This document shows positions 28,881-43,098 of a stretch of DNA of 64,000 bases, one piece after another. Made by a program: the position numbers and the translations under genes. Under the pieces are notes generated by a model. It searched no databases. It saw only the letters and a list, made by a program, of their open reading frames with translations, and was not told the DNA's origin. Each line of letters opens with the position of its first letter. The first letter of the stretch is position 1. The DNA is from Eledone cirrhosa (taxonomy: Eukaryota), in the NCBI GenBank assembly GCA_964016885.1, contig OZ024746.1:1550001-1614000 (forward strand), read 5' to 3'.

Positions 28881-29614
28881 GAATATAGAAACTTCTTGAG
28901 ATGTATGATCTGTATTTGATTATCATGGCTGAGGAGGAGGAGGACTATGGTGGTTGGATCATTAAACCCTTTATATAAATTAATAGGCCTCCACAAGTAA
29001 AAATACAGTGCTGAGTAGGGGCACAATCTCATTTGTTGCCATAGGAACTATTTTCCCTAATTACACTTCTGGTCCCAACCAGTTGTAGCAGCATCTATGA
29101 CATGGTGTTAATTTGAGGAATGCTAGAAAATGACCCTCAGATGGGATATTCTCAAAACCCTTTGGGTCATGGGAAGTTTTTCACTAAAATTTTTTCATGC
29201 AAGTGTATTTTTAGAAAGTGATCTTGGAGAAACTCAGCCCCTTTCCAAGTTGCTTAGCCACAGATCAGTCGATGATATTCTCAGCACTTAAAAGCCCCAA
29301 AAGTGTTCTGGCTATGTGTAGAATGTTTTCTGGTAATCATTCTAGCTTTCTGCTCTCTGTGCTGCTCAGGTCAACTTTGCCTTTCATCCATTCAAGGTAG
29401 ATTACAAAAGTACCAGTCAAATACCAGGGTCAATTCTTCCTCTATATCTCTCTCTCACTGCCATTCTCTCTCTCTCTCTCTCTATCGTTCTCTGGAAGAA
29501 ATCTGCTGTATTCAGACCTGGTGAGGAGTTGGGTTCCTCCAGGTTTTAAAAAATGCCCTAGAAATGCCATAAGTCGCTACAGTGTCCCTACGACTCTCTT
29601 CGGAGTTACAGGAC

Positions 29615-31558
29615 TATATCTACTACACAGACTAACTACCCCCACATAGTCTCATTATAGCTACTACACAGACTAACTACCCCCACATAGTCTCATTATA
29701 GCTACTACACAGACTAACTACCCCCACATAGTCTCATTATAGCTACTACACAGACTAACTACCCCCACATAGTCTCACTATAGCTACTACACAGACTAAC
29801 TACCCCCACATAGTCTCATTATAGCTACTACACAGACTAACTACCCCCACATAGTCTCATTATAGCTACTACACAGACTAACTACCCCCACATAGTCTCA
29901 TTATAGCTACTACACAGACTAACTACCCCCACATAGTCTCATTATAGCTACTACACAGACTAACTACCCCCACATAGTCTCATTATAGCTACTACACAGA
30001 CTAACTACCCCCACATAGTCTCATTATAGCTACTACACAGACTAACTACCCCCACATAGTCTCATTATAGCTACTACACAGACTAACTACCCCCACATAG
30101 TCTCATTATAGCTACTACACAGACTAACTACCCCCACATAGTCTCATTATAGCTACTACACAGACTAACTACCCCCACATAGTCTCACTATAGCTACTAC
30201 ACAGACTAACTACCCCCACATAGTCTCATTATAGCTACTACACAGACTAACTACCCCCACATAGTCTCATTATAGCTACTACACAGACTAACTACCCCCA
30301 CATAGTCTCATTATAGCTACTACACAGACTAACTACCCCCACATAGTCTCATTATATCTACTACACAGACTAACTACCCCCACATAGTCTCATTATAGCT
30401 ACTACACAGACTAACTACCCCCACATAGTCTCATTATAGCTACTACACAGACTAACTACCCCCACATAGTCTCATTATAGCTACTACACAGACTAACTAC
30501 CCCCACATAGTCTCACTATAGCTACTACACAGACTAACTACCCCCACATAGTCTCATTATAGCTACTACACAGACTAACTACCCCCACATAGTCTCATTA
30601 TAGCTACTACACAGACTAACTACCCCCACATAGTCTCATTATAGCTACTACACAGACTAACTACCCCCACATAGTCTCATTATAGCTACTACACAGACTA
30701 ACTACCCCCACATAGTCTCATTATAGCTACTACACAGACTAACTACCCCCACATAGTCTCATTATAGCTACTACACAGACTAACTACCCCCACATAGTCT
30801 CATTATAGCTACTACACAGACTAACTACCCCCACATAGTCTCATTATAGCTACTACACAGACTAACTACCCCCACATAGTCTCATTATAGCTACTACACA
30901 GACTAACTACCCCCACATAGTCTCATTATAGCTACTACACAGACTAACTACCCCCACATAGTCTCATTATAGCTACTACACAGACTAACTACCCCCACAT
31001 AGTCTCATTATAGCTACTACACAGACTAACTACCCCCACATAGTCTCACTATAGCTACTACACAGACTAACTACCCCCACATAGTCTCATTATAGCTACT
31101 ACACAGACTAACTACCCCCACATAGTCTCATTATAGCTACTACACAGACTAACTACCCCCACATAGTCTCATTATAGCTACTACACAGACTAACTACCCC
31201 CACATAGTCTCATTATAGCTACTACACAGACTAACTACCCCCACATAGTCTCATTATAGCTACTACACAGACTAACTACCCCCACATAGTCTCATTATAG
31301 CTACTACACAGACTAACTACCCCCACATAGTCTCATTATAGCTACTACACAGACTAACTACCCCCACATAGTCTCATTATAGCTACTACACAGACTAACT
31401 ACCCCCACATAGTCTCATTATAGCTACTACACAGACTAACTACCCCCACATAGTCTCATTATAGCTACTACACAGACTAACTACCCCCACATAGTCTCAT
31501 TATAGCTACTACACAGACTAACTACCCCCACATAGTCTCATTATAGCTACTACACAGA
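29615..31558. repeat. Highly homogeneous 41-bp minisatellite (~47 copies)
   Basis: tagctactacacagactaactacccccacatagtctcatta. Confidence 0.98.
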
Positions 31559-31689
31559 CCCTAACCCTAACCCCCACTCTGTAACTGGGACAATGTCAAC
31601 AGGGTAGAATATTTAGTGTTAGAATCAAATGGTAATTACTGCAATTTAGTGTCAATAACACCAGACAACCATTACATGGTGACATCAGC

Positions 31690-34297
31690 TACTATCACCA
31701 CCACTACTACCACTACCATCACCACTACTACCACCACCACTACTACTATTACTACCATCACCACCACCACCACTACCTCCTCCACCACTACTACCACCAC
31801 TACTTCCACCACCACTACTTCCACTACCACCACCACTACCGCTGCCACCACCACCACTACTATCACCACCACTACCTCCACCAGCACTACCTCCACCACC
31901 ACCACTACCACCACCACTACCACCACCACTACCACTACTACCACCACCACTACCACCACCACTACCACTACCACCACCACTACCACCATCACTACCACTA
32001 CTACCACCACTACCACTACCACCACCACTACCTCCACCACCACTACCTCCACTACCACTACTACCACTACCACCACCACTACCTCCACTACCACTACCAC
32101 CACTATCACCACCACCACTATCACCACTACCACTGCCACAACTACCACAACCACCACCACTACCTCCACCACTACCTCCACCAGCACCTCCACCAGCACT
32201 ACCACCACTACCACCACCACTACTACCACCAATACTACCACCACTACTACCACCAATACTACCACTACTACTACCACCACTACTACCACCACTACTACCA
32301 CCACTACTACCACCACTACTACTACCACCACTACTACCACCACTACTACCACCACTACTACCACCACTACTACCACCAATACTACCACCAATACTACCAC
32401 TACTACTACCACTACTACTACCACCAATACTACCACTACTACTACCACCAATACTACCACCACTACTACCACCAATACTACCACTACTACTACCACCACT
32501 ACCACCAATACTACCACTACTACTACCACCACTACTACCACCACTACTACCACCAATACTACCACTACTACTACCACCACTACTACCACTACTACTACCA
32601 CCAATACTACCACTACTACTACCACCACTACTACCACCAATACTACCACCACTACTACCACCAATACTACCACTACTACTACCACCACTACTACCACCAA
32701 TACTACCACCACTACTACCACCACTACTACCACTACTACTACCACCACTACTACCACCAATACTACCACCACTACTACCACCACTACTACCACCAATACT
32801 ACCACCACTACTACCACCAATACTACCACTACTACTACCACCACTACTACCACTACTACTACCACCAATACTACCACTACTACTACCACCACTACTACCA
32901 CCAATACTACCACCACTACTACCACCAATACTACCACTACTACTACCACCACTACTACCACCAATACTACCACTACTACTACCACCACTACTACCACTAC
33001 TACTACTACCACCACTACTACCACCAATACTACCACTACTACTACCACCACTACTACCACCAATACTACCACTACTACTACCACCACTACTACTACCACC
33101 AATACTACCACTACTACTACCACCACTACTACCACCACTACTACCACTACTACTACCACCACCACCACTACCACCACCACTACTACCACCAATACTACCA
33201 CCACTACTACCACCAATACTACCACTACTACTACCACCACTACTACCACTACTACTACCACCACTACTACCACCAATACTACCACTACTACTACCACCAC
33301 TACTACCACTACTACTACCACTACTACTACCACCACTACTACCACCAATACTACCACCACTACTACCACCACTACTACCACTACTACTACCACCACTACT
33401 ACCACTACTACTACCACCACTACTACCACCAATACTACCACCACTACTACCACCACTACTACCACCACTACCACCACCACTACCACCACCACTACTACCA
33501 CCAATACTACCACTACTACTACCACCACTACTACCACCAATACTACCACTACTACTACCACCACTACTACCACCAATACTACCACCACCACTACTACCAC
33601 CACTACCACCACCACTACCACCACCACTACTACCACCAATACTACCACTACTACTACCACCACTACTACCACCAATACTACCACCACTACTACCACTACT
33701 ACTACCACCACTACTACCACCACTACTACCACCACTACTACCACCACTACTACCACCACTACTACCACCACTACTACCACCACTACTACCACCACTACTA
33801 CCACCAATACTACCACTACTACTACCACCACTACTACCACCACTACTACCACCACTACTACCACCACTACTACCACCACTACTACCACTACTACTACCAC
33901 CACTACCACCACCAATACTACCACTACTACTACCACCACTACTACCACTACTACCACCACTACTACCACCAATACTACCACTACTACTACCACCACTACT
34001 ACCACCAATACTACCACCACTACTACCACCACTACTACCACTACTACTACTACCACCACTACTACCACCAATACTACCACTACTACTACCACCACTACTA
34101 CCACTACTACTACTACCACCACTACTACCACCAATACTACCACTACTACTACCACCACTACTACCACCACTACTACCACCACTACTACCACCACTACTAC
34201 CACCACTACTACCACCACTACTACCACCACTACTACCACCACTACTACCACCACTACTACCACCACTACTACCACCACTACTACCACCACTACTACC
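31690..34297. repeat. 2.6-kb (ACC/ACT)n trinucleotide tract with AAT interruptions
   Basis: Source of the poly-Thr / poly-Val ORFs. Confidence 0.97.
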
Positions 34298-34389
34298 ATG
34301 CTATCATGGAAATATGGACATTAAATGATGATGATGATATATATGTACTTTCTTTTCAATGCCAACACTTTTCCCCCCTTTCCCCTCAG

Positions 34390-34492
34390 GTGACTGTGTT
34401 GAATCCTCGAGAAGGGACCAAGATCTATGCAGGTACAACCTTTGCTGATTCCTTACTAATGAACCCATCACACCCCCTCATTGCTCTTAAAG
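34390..34492 (+). CDS. Clathrin-TD-like exon (VTVLNPREGTKIYAGTTFADSLLMNPSHPLIALK)
   Basis: cccctcag|GTG ... AAAG|gtatgt; 103 nt, ends phase 1; aligns to CHC ISADSAIMNPASKVIALKA. Confidence 0.92.
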
Positions 34493-34556
34493 GTATGTAA
34501 CATAGAAAAACATTTTCTTTGTCACTTTTTACATGAAGCTTTGTTTCTTCTTCAGC

Positions 34557-35034
34557 CACTTATTCCTGAGACTGGGGCCAACACTTATTCCTGAGACTGG
34601 GGCCAACACTTATTCCTGAGACTGGGGCCAACACTTATTCCTGAGACTGGGGCCAACACTTATTCTTGAGACTGGGGCCAACACTTATTCCTGAGACTGG
34701 GGCCAACACTTATTCCTGAGACTGGGGCCAACACTTATTCTTGAGACTGGGGCCAACACTTATTCCTGAGACTGGGGCCAACACTTATTCCTGAGACTGG
34801 GGCCAACACTTATTCCTGAGACTGGGGCCAACACTTATTCCTGAGACTGGGGCCAACACTTATTCCTGAGACTGGGGCCAACACTTATTCTTGAGACTGG
34901 GGCCAACACTTATTCCTGAGACTGGGGCCAACACTTATTCCTGAGACTGGGGCCAACACTTATTCTTGAGACTGGGGCCAACACTTATTCCTGAGACTGG
35001 GGATAACACTTATTCCTGAGACTGGGGCCAACAC
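34557..35034. repeat. 25-bp minisatellite (~19 copies)
   Basis: cacttattcctgagactggggccaa. Confidence 0.96.
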
Positions 35035-35399
35035 CCTGGTTTACTGAAAAAATAATTAATAACAATACTTTCTTTTGTTAATTTATTAATAAGTAATCAG
35101 AGTGAAATATATAGAGAGGAGGTTATCTGTGTAAGGAAGAGGATAAGAGGCTTCATTATCAACAGAGTTGTGTGCAACTTTAACCCTTTTCACACCAAAC
35201 TTCCTCAAACAGCTCCTCCTCCTCCTCCTTACAAAACTGTTTGGTTTTAAATGTTTTTTTATCTAAAATTTCCACAATTTTATGTAAGAACCTTTGTGAA
35301 TCTATCCCTTAAAATAGTGTTTCTCTTTTTACCCTTTTGGAACCCTTGAAATAGTGTTCATGTCTCAGGGAACCCTTGAGACATAAATATGTGGTTACT

Positions 35400-36190
35400 T
35401 GTGTGTGTGTGTGTGGTGTGTGTGTGGTGTGATGTGTGTGGTGTGGTGTGTGTGTTGTGGTGTGTGTGTGTGTGATGTGTGTGTTGTGGTGTGATGTGTG
35501 TGTGGTGTGATGTGTGGTGTGATGTGTGTGTGGTGTGATGTGTGGTGTGTGTGTTGTGGTGTGTGTGTTGTGGTGTGTGTGTGTGTGATGTGTGTGTTGT
35601 GGTGTGATGTGTGTGTGGTGTGATGTGTGGTGTGATGTGTGTGTGGTGTGATGTGTGTGTGTGGTGTGTGGTGTGATGTGTGTGTGGTGTGATGTGTGGT
35701 GTGTGTGTTGTGGTGTGATGTGTGTGTGTGATGTGTGTGTGGTGTGGTGTGTGGTGTGATGTGTGTGTGGTGTGATGTGTGGTGTGATGTGTGGTGTGGT
35801 GTGATGTGTGGTGTGTGTGTTGTGGTGTGATGTGTGTGTGGTGTGATGTGTGTGTGGTGTGATGTGTGTGTGTGGTGTGATGTGTGGTGTGATGTGTGTG
35901 TGGTGTGATGTGTGTGTGGTGTGATGTGTGGTGTGATGTGTGTGTGGTGTGATGTGATGTGTGTTGTGGTGTGATGTGTGGTGTGATGTGTGTGTTGTGG
36001 TGTGATGTGTGTGTGGTGTGATGTGTGTGTGGTGATGTGTGGTGTGATGTGTGGTGTGTGTGTTGTGATGTGTGTGTGGTGTGTGTGGTGTGATGTGTGT
36101 GTGGTGTGTGTGGTGTGATGTGTGGTGTGATGTGTGGTGTGATGTGTGTTGTGGTGTGATGTGTGGTGTGATGTGTGTGTTGTGGTGTGC
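35400..36190. repeat. GT-rich degenerate microsatellite
   Basis: gtgtggtgtgat variants. Confidence 0.93.
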
Positions 36191-36579
36191 TTGTCTGTTT
36201 TAGCAACAGCGTAGGAAAGGTTAATGACCTAGTTTTAGCTAAAATAAGTGCTTATCCCTGTTTCATGGCATTAAACCACTGAGAGTACAAGACTTCCCCC
36301 TGGATAGGACACCAGTCCATTGCAGGGTTAACCTCCAGCTATTGCTGGTACTCCTTTTCAGTTGAGTAGACTGGAGCAATGTGAAATATTTTTCTGAAGA
36401 ACACAACACACAATTCAACCTATCAAACCCACGATATTAAGATCATGTGACCAACACCCTTACCACTAGGCCGTGTGCTATCGTTACAACCACCATCTTC
36501 AGCACCACCACCACCATCATCTTCAGCACCACAACCACCACCATCTAATGTGGTGTATATATTATAGTGTTAACTACCA

Positions 36580-36810
36580 ACAAGGTGTGTATAATAAGGT
36601 GTGTATTATAAGGTGTGTATAATGTGTGTATAATAAGGTGTGTATAATAACGTGTGTATAATAAGGTGTGTATAATAAGGTGTGTATAATAACGTGTGTA
36701 TATTAAGGTGTGTATAATAAGGTGTGTATAATAAGGTGTGTATAATAACGTGTGTATATTAAGGTGTGTATAATAAGGTGTGTATAATAACGTGTGTATA
36801 TTAAGGTGTT
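36580..36810. repeat. 14-bp minisatellite
   Basis: aaggtgtgtataat. Confidence 0.9.
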
Positions 36811-37394
36811 ATATCCAGTTAGCTACAAGTAGAATATTAAAACAGTGAAGAGGACAGAAGAGAGTGTTTGACATTTCAGAATAGAGACAGGAGTTACCTT
36901 ATCTTTGGATAATTACACACAATTACCACCAGGAGGAGTTAGTGGTTCTAGTATGAACTCTTAGGATTAAGAGGTGGCAGGTGGTGATGGTGGTGGTGGC
37001 GTAGCAGATTGGTGGTGGTGGCGTAGCAGGTGTGTGGTGGTGGTGGTGGCATAGCAGGTGTGTGGTGGTGGCGGTGGTGGTGGCATAGCAGGTGTGTGGT
37101 GGTGGTGGTGGTGGTGGCGTAGCAGGTGTGTGGTGGTGGTGGTGGCGTAGCAGGTGTGTGGTGGTGGTGGTGGCGTAGCAGGTGTGTGGTAGAGGTGGTG
37201 GTGGTAGCTTCAAGTATTCAATGGTAGCTACAGATATGTAAGAGAAGGCACCTAGTTTAGTGGTTAGACTGTTCAGCTTACAATCATAAGGTTGTCAGTT
37301 TGATTCCCCAGCAACACATTGTGACCTTGAGCAAGACCCTTTATTTCATGTTACTCCTGTTCACACTTCTCTTTTTTTATTTTACTTCTCCTCC

Positions 37395-37985
37395 TCCTTC
37401 ACTCAGCAATCATCTTCCATGTGCATCACATGTCCCTACCAACGCAGTCTTCTCTCCCACTTCTGATCCCTTTTAAACCCAGTTTCTCCTTCAGTTCATC
37501 CAAGCTCTACCTTTCTCTCACATTTACATTCCACATCCAACAAAATATGGTTGCTTCATTTCCCTCCAACCACCACATGTCCTCTGTAGTCACAGCCCAT
37601 GTTTCACTACCATGTAGCACCACATGTCCTCTGTAGTCACAGCCCATGTTTCACTACCATGTAACACCACATGTCCTCTGTAGTCACAGCCCATGTTTCA
37701 CTACCATGTAACACCACATGTCCTCTGTAGTCACAGCCCATGTTTCACTACCATGTAACACCACATGTCCTCTGTAGTCACAGCCCATGTTTCACTACCA
37801 TGTAGCACCACATGTCCTCTGCAGTCACAGCCCATGTTTCACTACCATGTAGCACCACATGTCATCTGCAGTCACAGCCCATGTTTCACTACCATGTAGC
37901 ACCACATGTCATCTGCAGTCACAGCCCATGTTTCACTACCATGTAGCACCACACTTCACACACAGGCGTCATACAGTCGTTATTT
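37395..37985 (-). mobile_element. Degenerate RTE fragment with ~8 tandem copies of a 47-bp unit
   Basis: Unit catgtcctctgtagtcacagcccatgtttcactaccatgtagcacca is antisense VVLHGSETWAVT; flanks match 23870-24300. Confidence 0.85.
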
Positions 37986-38124
37986 TGTATTTAACTGCCA
38001 ATTCAATGCAAAAATACCGAAATGAAGTAAATTGTTGTAAAACTCTAGAGATCAACTTCTTGTAATGTCCCACATGTATGTCATATCTTATAAAACATTG
38101 AAATAGTTTGAGGTCAACAGAGAA

Positions 38125-38317
38125 CACCTCAAAGACCCACCTAGTGACCTCAATGACACACCTAGTGACCTCAATGACACACCTAGTGACCTCAATGACT
38201 CACCTAGTGACCTCAATGACTCACCTAGTGACCTCAATGACTCACCTAGTGACCTCAAAGACTCACCTAGTGACCTCAATGACCCACCTAGTGACCTCAA
38301 TGACCCACCTAGTGACC
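38125..38317. repeat. 21-bp minisatellite (~9 copies)
   Basis: cacctagtgacctcaatgact. Confidence 0.92.
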
Positions 38318-38669
38318 ATTCCAGCTTCTTGTCTTATGACATCTACACAATAATTAGAGAGATCGAGATTGGTGAACCAGACTAAGGAATCATTTGTAGT
38401 ATTATGGATTGCCCCTCTCTCTCTCTCTCTTTCTACCTCTCTCTCCCCCTCTACCCCCTTCTCTCTAACCCCCCTCCCCCATCTCTCTACATCAACTGTA
38501 AACATTCAAAGGTAATTCAGTGTAAATATAAACCTTTCAACTAAGGTCTAGGTTATCTTCTGTAAATATTTCTTAGATAAAACTACCAGACTTTCTCCAT
38601 TAGTGTTTGATGTTGTTTTGTTGTTTTTACTTTACTCAGCCACCTTTATATATATATATATATATATAT

Positions 38670-39300
38670 GTCCACATGTCCACAGTGTGGACTGGGAGCT
38701 TTTTACCGTGTTACCTACAAGGCCACATTACAGCGTGGACTGGATGTTGTGGTACCAAGATAACTTTATAGAGAAAGGGTGGTGTTGATGGGTGTGGGGG
38801 GTGGAGTAGGGGTAGTGGAATGGGGGTGTATATTTAGTTAAGAGGTGCCTACTGACTAGGTTTCGCTTTGTACATAGGCAAGGCGGGTCATCTGTATTAC
38901 TGTGTGGCGCCAAAAATCTCAACCAGTCACATTGTCTTAGAGAGATGCAAGTGTGTAAGGTTGGAATTTATCAGATCGTCCCAGGTTTTTCTGGGTCTGC
39001 CTACTCCGTAACTTTCATCAATTTTGATCACCCTGCACTTTTTTTTATGCAGCTGTCATCCTTCATACGTATCATGTGACCATACCAACGTAGTCTTCTC
39101 TCAAGTATCTCTCAACAGCATCTGATCCCACTTATTCCTAATTTCTCACTTAGTTTATTTATGATTTGCTGTTTGCATATATTACTATTACACATCCAAC
39201 GGAGCATGCAGGTTTCATTCCTTTCCAGTCTGCGCAGGTCCTCTGCACACAATGCCCAGGTCTCACTGCCACAATGCACACAATGCCATGTCTCACTGTG
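38670..39300 (-). mobile_element. Older degenerate RTE 3' fragment
   Basis: Antisense degenerate ETWA / RLRWYGH / GRPRKTWD segments plus 3'UTR similar to 25370-25940. Confidence 0.75.
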
Positions 39301-39329
39301 TATATATATATATGTGTGTGTGTGTGTAT

Positions 39330-40262
39330 ATCATCATCATCATCATCATCATCACCGTTTTACGTCCGTTCTTCCACGCTAGCATGGGTTAGACGGGTTG
39401 TCCTGTTGTGGGCAGTGTCTGGTCGGCTGACCATGCCTTGCTCATACAGGAACTGATCTGGCTTGATTTCTACAGCTGGATGCCCTTCCTAACACCAACC
39501 TCATTTACAGTGAGTGCTGGGTGCTTTTTCGTGGCGCCTACACGTCCACTTTACAGTGTGGGCTGGGTGCTTTTTTGCCGTGGCACCTCCACGACCACCT
39601 TGCGGTGGGGGGGGGGGGGCATATTGTTTATATGCTTCAGCATGTACCCATGGGAGGTCGGGTACCCTGTATTACTGCGTGACGCCAGAAGTCACGGTCG
39701 TGTGTCATTGACTTTGAGAGGTGTAGTTGGGTAAGGTCGGCTTTTATCACCTCATCCCAAGTCATCTTGGGTCTCCCCACTCCGCGGTTTCCATCAACTT
39801 CTAGTGCTCTGCACCTTTTTATGCAGCTGTCATCCTTCATACGCATCACATGTCCATACCAGCGTAACCGCCTCTCCTGCACGCAGCATTTGATTCCTCT
39901 TATGCTCAGTCTCTCTCTCAATTCATTTATGCTTTGTCGTTCACGTATATTACTGTTACACATCCATCGGAGCATGCAGGCTTCGTTTCTCTCTAATCTA
40001 CGTAAGTCTTCCACCTTCAGCGCCCAGGTCTCACTACCATGCAACATCGCTGTTCGGATACACGCATCATACAGTCTGCCTTTCATTCTGAGGGAGAAGC
40101 CTTTTGCAGCTAGCAGTGGTAGTAGTTCCCTAAACTTCTTCCATCCCGTTCTTACCCTAGTTATTGTACTTTCTGAGCACCCACCTCCGTTGCTAATTCG
40201 GTCACCTAGGTAGCAGAAGCTGTCTACTGTTTCTACAGGGCCCTCCCAGAGATTGGTGGTAC
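39330..40262 (-). mobile_element. Second, shorter 5'-truncated copy of the same RTE LINE in opposite orientation
   Basis: Reverse complement of 42167-43098 with only a few differences; (CAT)n tail at 39330-39353; ORF 39637..40338(-). Confidence 0.95.
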
Positions 40263-40266
40263 CTAA

Positions 40267-40308
<42 letters not shown>

Positions 40309-40310
<2 letters not shown>

Positions 40311-43098
40311 CACAAACTTTAAAAAACCCGACAACCACCTGATCACCTGTAGATCAGGGGAGCACTCTAGTCAGTTAGATTTTATCCTCATCAGAGGACG
40401 TGACAGATGGACGGTCGTAAACACAAAAGCCTTCCCTAGTGAGGAATGTACATCCCAACATAGCTTAGTTGTCAGCGACCTCACGGTCAGAACTAGACGA
40501 GCCCTGAAACAGAGGCCAACCTGGAGAAGAAAGATCTGGAAGCTGAAAGTCCCCTCAACCAGTAACAGATTTAAAGATATTTTACTCAACGCCTACGACA
40601 GTAAAGAAGAACAGATAGAGACATTTAACGTAGAAGAGAACTGGGAGTTCCTAAAAAATAACTTACTAGAGGCGACGGATGAGGTTTGTGGCTGGAGTAA
40701 GACCTCAAGCAGGAGGAGAGTGACTTGGTGGTGGAACAATAAGGTAGATGAAGCAGTCAAGGCCAAGAGACAGGCATGGAAAGAATGGAAGAACGGGGGG
40801 AGCAGGGTACATTACATAGAGACCAAGAGGGAAGCTAGGCGACAAGTATACTTAGCTAGGAGGGAAGCAGAGGATAGAAAATTCAAGCATGTCTTACAGC
40901 GTGAGGACCAGAAACAGGAGGTATTCAAGATTGCGAGGCAGTGTGTCAGAGATAGTTGTGATGTCATTGGAGAGAAGTGTATTCGGAATGATAAAGGTGA
41001 GCTTGCCCTCACAAGTGCTGAGAAGAAAGATGCATGGAAGAGTCATTATGATAGATTACTAAATGAGGAGAATGCATGGGAAGAAGAGACCCTACCCCAT
41101 GTAGACCCTATAGAGGGACCAGCAGTACAAGTCAGCGGCAGCGTAGTAAGTAAGGAAATCAGAGATATGAAGATGGGGAAGGCAACCGGTCCATCGGGTA
41201 TAGCTGCCGAGATGCTGAAGGCATCTGGGTCTGTAGGTCACACTATAACCACACGTATCGTTAACCAGGTAATACTAGAAGGGGCCATACCAAAAGATTG
41301 GTGCAGTAGCATCATTGTCAACTGCTACAAAGGTAAAGGCGATGCACTAGATAGAGGAAACTATAGAGGTATAAAGTTGATGGACCAGGTCATGAAAGTA
41401 ACAGAAAGAGTTATAGCACAGCTGATTAGGGACCGGGTGAATATAGACGAGATGCAATTTGGGTTTGTACCAGGGAGAGGCACCACTGATGCCCTCTTCC
41501 TTGTGAGGCAATTACAGGAAAAGTACCTAGCTAAAAGTAAGCCACTCTACTTGGCATTTGTCGACCTTGAGAAAGCCTTTGACAGAGTTCCACGTGCAGT
41601 AATCTGGTGGGCTCTTAGAAAACTAGGAGTAGATGAATGGCTTGTGAAAGCGGTACAAGCCATGTATAGGGGAGCAGTCAGCAAAGTTAGGATTAGCAAT
41701 GAGTATAGCGAGGAATTTAGCGTACAGGTTGGGGTCCACCAGGGCTCTGTTCTTAGCCCTCTCCTGTTCATCATAGTCCTGCAGGCAATAACGGAGGAGT
41801 TTAAGACCGGATGCCCATGGGAACTCCTGTATGCTGATGACCTCGCACTCATAGCTGAATCTATGGTAGAACTAGAGAAGAAATTCCAAACCTGGAAGCA
41901 GGGACTAGAAAGAAAGGGCCTCAAAGTCAACATGACAAAGACTAAGGTCCTTGTAAGTAGACGAGAAAACAGAACCCAGATCCCCTCAGGGAAATGGCCT
42001 TGCACAGTATGTAGGAAAGGTGTAGGTAGGAACTCCATTCTTTGCCCCAAATGCAAACAATGGGTACACAAGAGATGTAGCGGGATCTCAGGAAGCTTAA
42101 TTAAGAATGTAGGATTCACATGCAGCAGCTGTGCTGAAACAGCAAGCAAACAGCCACAGGAAACAAGTACCACCAATCTCTGGGAGGGCCCTGTAGAAAC
42201 AGTAGACAGCTTCTGCTACCTAGGTGACCGAATTAGCAACGGAGGTGGGTGCTCAGAAAGTACAATAACTAGGGTAAGAACGGGATGGAAGAAGTTTAGG
42301 GAAACTACTACCACTGCTAGCTGCAAAAGGCTTCTCCCTCAGAATGAAAGGCAGACTGTATGATGCGTGTATCCGAACAGCGATGTTGCATGGTAGTGAG
42401 ACCTGGGCGCTGAAGGTGGAAGACTTACGTAGATTAGAGAGAAACGAAGCCTGCATGCTCCGATGGATGTGTAACAGTAATATACGTGAACGACAAAGCA
42501 TAAAGGAATTGAGAGAGAGACTGAGCATAAGAGGAATCAAATGCTGCGTGCAGGAGAGGCGGTTACGCTGGTATGGACATGTGATGCGTATAAAGGATGA
42601 CAGCTGCATAAAAAGGTGCAGAGCACTAGAAGTTGATGGAAACCGCGGAGTGGGCAGACCCAAGATGACTTGGGATGAGGTGATAAAAGCCGACCTTACC
42701 CAACTACACCTCTCAAAGACAATGACACACGACCGTGACTTCTGGCGTCACGCAGTAATACAGGGTACCCGACCTCCCATGGGTACATGCTGAAGCATAT
42801 AAACAATATGCCCCCACTCCCCCCACCGCAAGGTGGTCGTGGAGGTGCCACGGCAAAAAAGCACCCAGCCCACACTGTAAAGTGGACGTGTAGGCGCCAC
42901 GAAAAAGCACCCAGCACTCACTGTAAATGAGGTTGGTGTTAGGAAGGGCATCCAGCTGTAGAAATCAAGCCAGATCAGTTCCTGTATGAGCAAGGCATGG
43001 TCAGCCGACCAGACACTGCCCACAACAGGACAACCCGTCTAACCCATGCTAGCGTGGAAGAACGGACGTAAAACGGTGATGATGATGATGATGATGAT
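40309..43098 (+). mobile_element. 5'-truncated RTE-clade LINE (end of AP endonuclease, RT, Cys/His finger, 3'UTR, (GAT)n tail)
   Basis: Frame open from 40309 (NTNFKK..LIT..SQLDFIL..SQHSLVVSD); RT motifs NYRGIKL, QFGF, FVDLEKAFD, GVHQGSVLSPLLF, YADDL; RTE-type C-terminus LHGSETW / RRLRWYGHVMR / GRPKMTW; +1 frameshift at ~42302-42304. Confidence 0.95.

Noticed and set aside
31616-34324. Mucin-like poly-Thr ORF (902 aa) and antisense poly-Val ORF
   Set aside because: Trinucleotide microsatellite inside an intron of the clathrin-like gene; no signal peptide or other domain.
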